64,000 bases of DNA from NCBI GenBank assembly GCA_963695545.1, contig OY968796.1:3904001-3968000 (forward strand), in the 5' to 3' direction. The DNA is from Terriglobia bacterium. Its GTDB lineage: Bacteria > Acidobacteriota > Terriglobia > Acidiferrales > UBA7541. Every line of letters starts with the position of its first letter. Within the stretch, counting starts at the first letter, position 1. This document shows, piece by piece, positions 63,073 to 64,000 of this stretch. The notes below the pieces were generated by a model that saw only the letters and a program-made list of their open reading frames with translations, was not told where the DNA came from and searched no databases. Made by a program: the position numbers and the translations under genes.

Positions 63073-64000
63073 TCAGCGTCCCCCGCCGGTAGTCTGCGGC
63101 GCGCTGTGCGCGGCTACGTGTGTGGGCGCCGGAGCGCGCCCGAAAGAAATATTGATTCGGCTGCCGCGTCGCACGCTCGCGCCCGCAGCGGGCGATTGCG
63201 CAATCGCGACACCGCCTCCCGCGAGCACGGGCACAAGCCCGAGACGCTCACATTGCTCCGTCGCATCCCGTACGGTCTCGCCCGCAAGATTTGGCACTTG
63301 CACGCTCGCGTCCTCGTCAAGTTCGACAGTCTCGGGCACAGCGCTCGGCGACGCATCGGCAGCGGCGGGCAGGCGCGCAGCGACGGGCGTCGGCGCGGGA
63401 GCGAACGCGGGCGCGCTTGGCGCAGACGGCGCGGCGCTCGCATTCGCGTCACTATCCGACGCAGCCGGTGCGTCGAGCATTTCGCCGGTGTCGTTATCGG
63501 AATTGAAATCGGCCGCGTCGGCCATCATGCCGAGGTCCGCGCGGCGATTTTGTTCCCGCGCGATTTGCGTCTTCGAGTCCATGGGCACGTCGTGCGGCAC
63601 GTTGAGATATTCAAGCACTTGCTGTGCCACACGGTGAAACGCGGGTGCGGCCACCTGTCCGCCTTCGTGCAGGCCGACCGGCGAATCGAGCGTGACAAGC
63701 ACGGTGATGGCCGGCGTATTGAGCGGCGCAAATCCAACGAACGACGCGTTGTACTGCGTCTTCGAGTACCGGCCGGTCGCGGGATCGAATTTTTGCGCCG
63801 TTCCGGTTTTTCCGCCCGCACTGTAGCCATCGAGATGCGCGAATTCGCCCGTGCCGTGCAGCACCACGCCTTCGAGCATGCCGCGCATTGTCGCCGCTGT
63901 GGTCGCCTGCATCACGCGGCGCGGCGCTGGCTGCGGCTCAGAAGCGATGGCCTCTGTGCCAGTGCGCAAACCGGCCACGATGTGCGGGCGAACGATCATG
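63073..64000 (-). CDS. ftsI: Class B PBP (FtsI) C-terminal part with PASTA domain; 5' end outside the window
   Basis: GKTGTAQK, GG.VAAP.F, VPNLAG PASTA; sits directly upstream of murE. Confidence 0.9.
   Translation of the reverse strand, partial: MIVRPHIVAGLRTGTEAIASEPQPAPRRVMQATTAATMRGMLEGVVLHGTGEFAHLDGYSAGGKTGTAQKFDPATGRYSKTQYNASFVGFAPLNTPAITVLVTLDSPVGLHEGGQVAAPAFHRVAQQVLEYLNVPHDVPMDSKTQIAREQNRRADLGMMADAADFNSDNDTGEMLDAPAASDSDANASAAPSAPSAPAFAPAPTPVAARLPAAADASPSAVPETVELDEDASVQVPNLAGETVRDATEQCERLGLVPVLAGGGVAIAQSPAAGASVRRGSRINISFGRAPAPTHVAAHSAPQTTGGGR

Noticed and set aside
62927..63073. 49-aa N-terminal extension of MurE from an ATG overlapping the ftsI stop
   Set aside because: Low-complexity sequence; the MurE-like part starts at MKL (62926), which has its own -10-like hexamer; the upstream start is not excluded

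Overview
GC-rich bacterial chromosomal window. Gene content, gene order and the intergenic repeat style suggest Acidobacteriota (inference). It is mostly minus-strand housekeeping DNA. From the right end it carries a dcw cluster (ftsI partial, murE, murF, mraY, murD, ftsW, murG, murC, murB, ftsQ, ftsA, ftsZ), then a JAB protease, rpiB, glyA, a GT4, proS, a class A PBP, TPR proteins, nfeD/SPFH, SPOR, lnt, prfB (programmed +1 frameshift), metK, ahcY, tldD/pmbA, purU, rsmA, glgA, trxA, msrA, purA, Moco genes (moeA, moaC, mog), a frameshifted proC, and nuoA/nuoC/nuoD split by a counter-oriented B12 radical SAM gene. There are two accessory islands. The first (~6.6-9.8 kb) holds small genes, 30-bp direct repeats, an IS30-like miniature remnant and REP-like/39-bp repeats. 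The second (~29.4-32.3 kb) holds an ABC-type ATPase plus TOPRIM-like pair (candidate defence system) that appears to have truncated a PIN toxin gene. The most notable signals are: a stand-alone, near cargo-less PEP-CTERM-like mini-protein with its own sigma-54-type promoter and terminator; the ATPase/TOPRIM module; a compact structured leader in front of metK-ahcY; and the repeat-bounded two-gene module. All family calls come from reading motifs by eye; no database searches were run.
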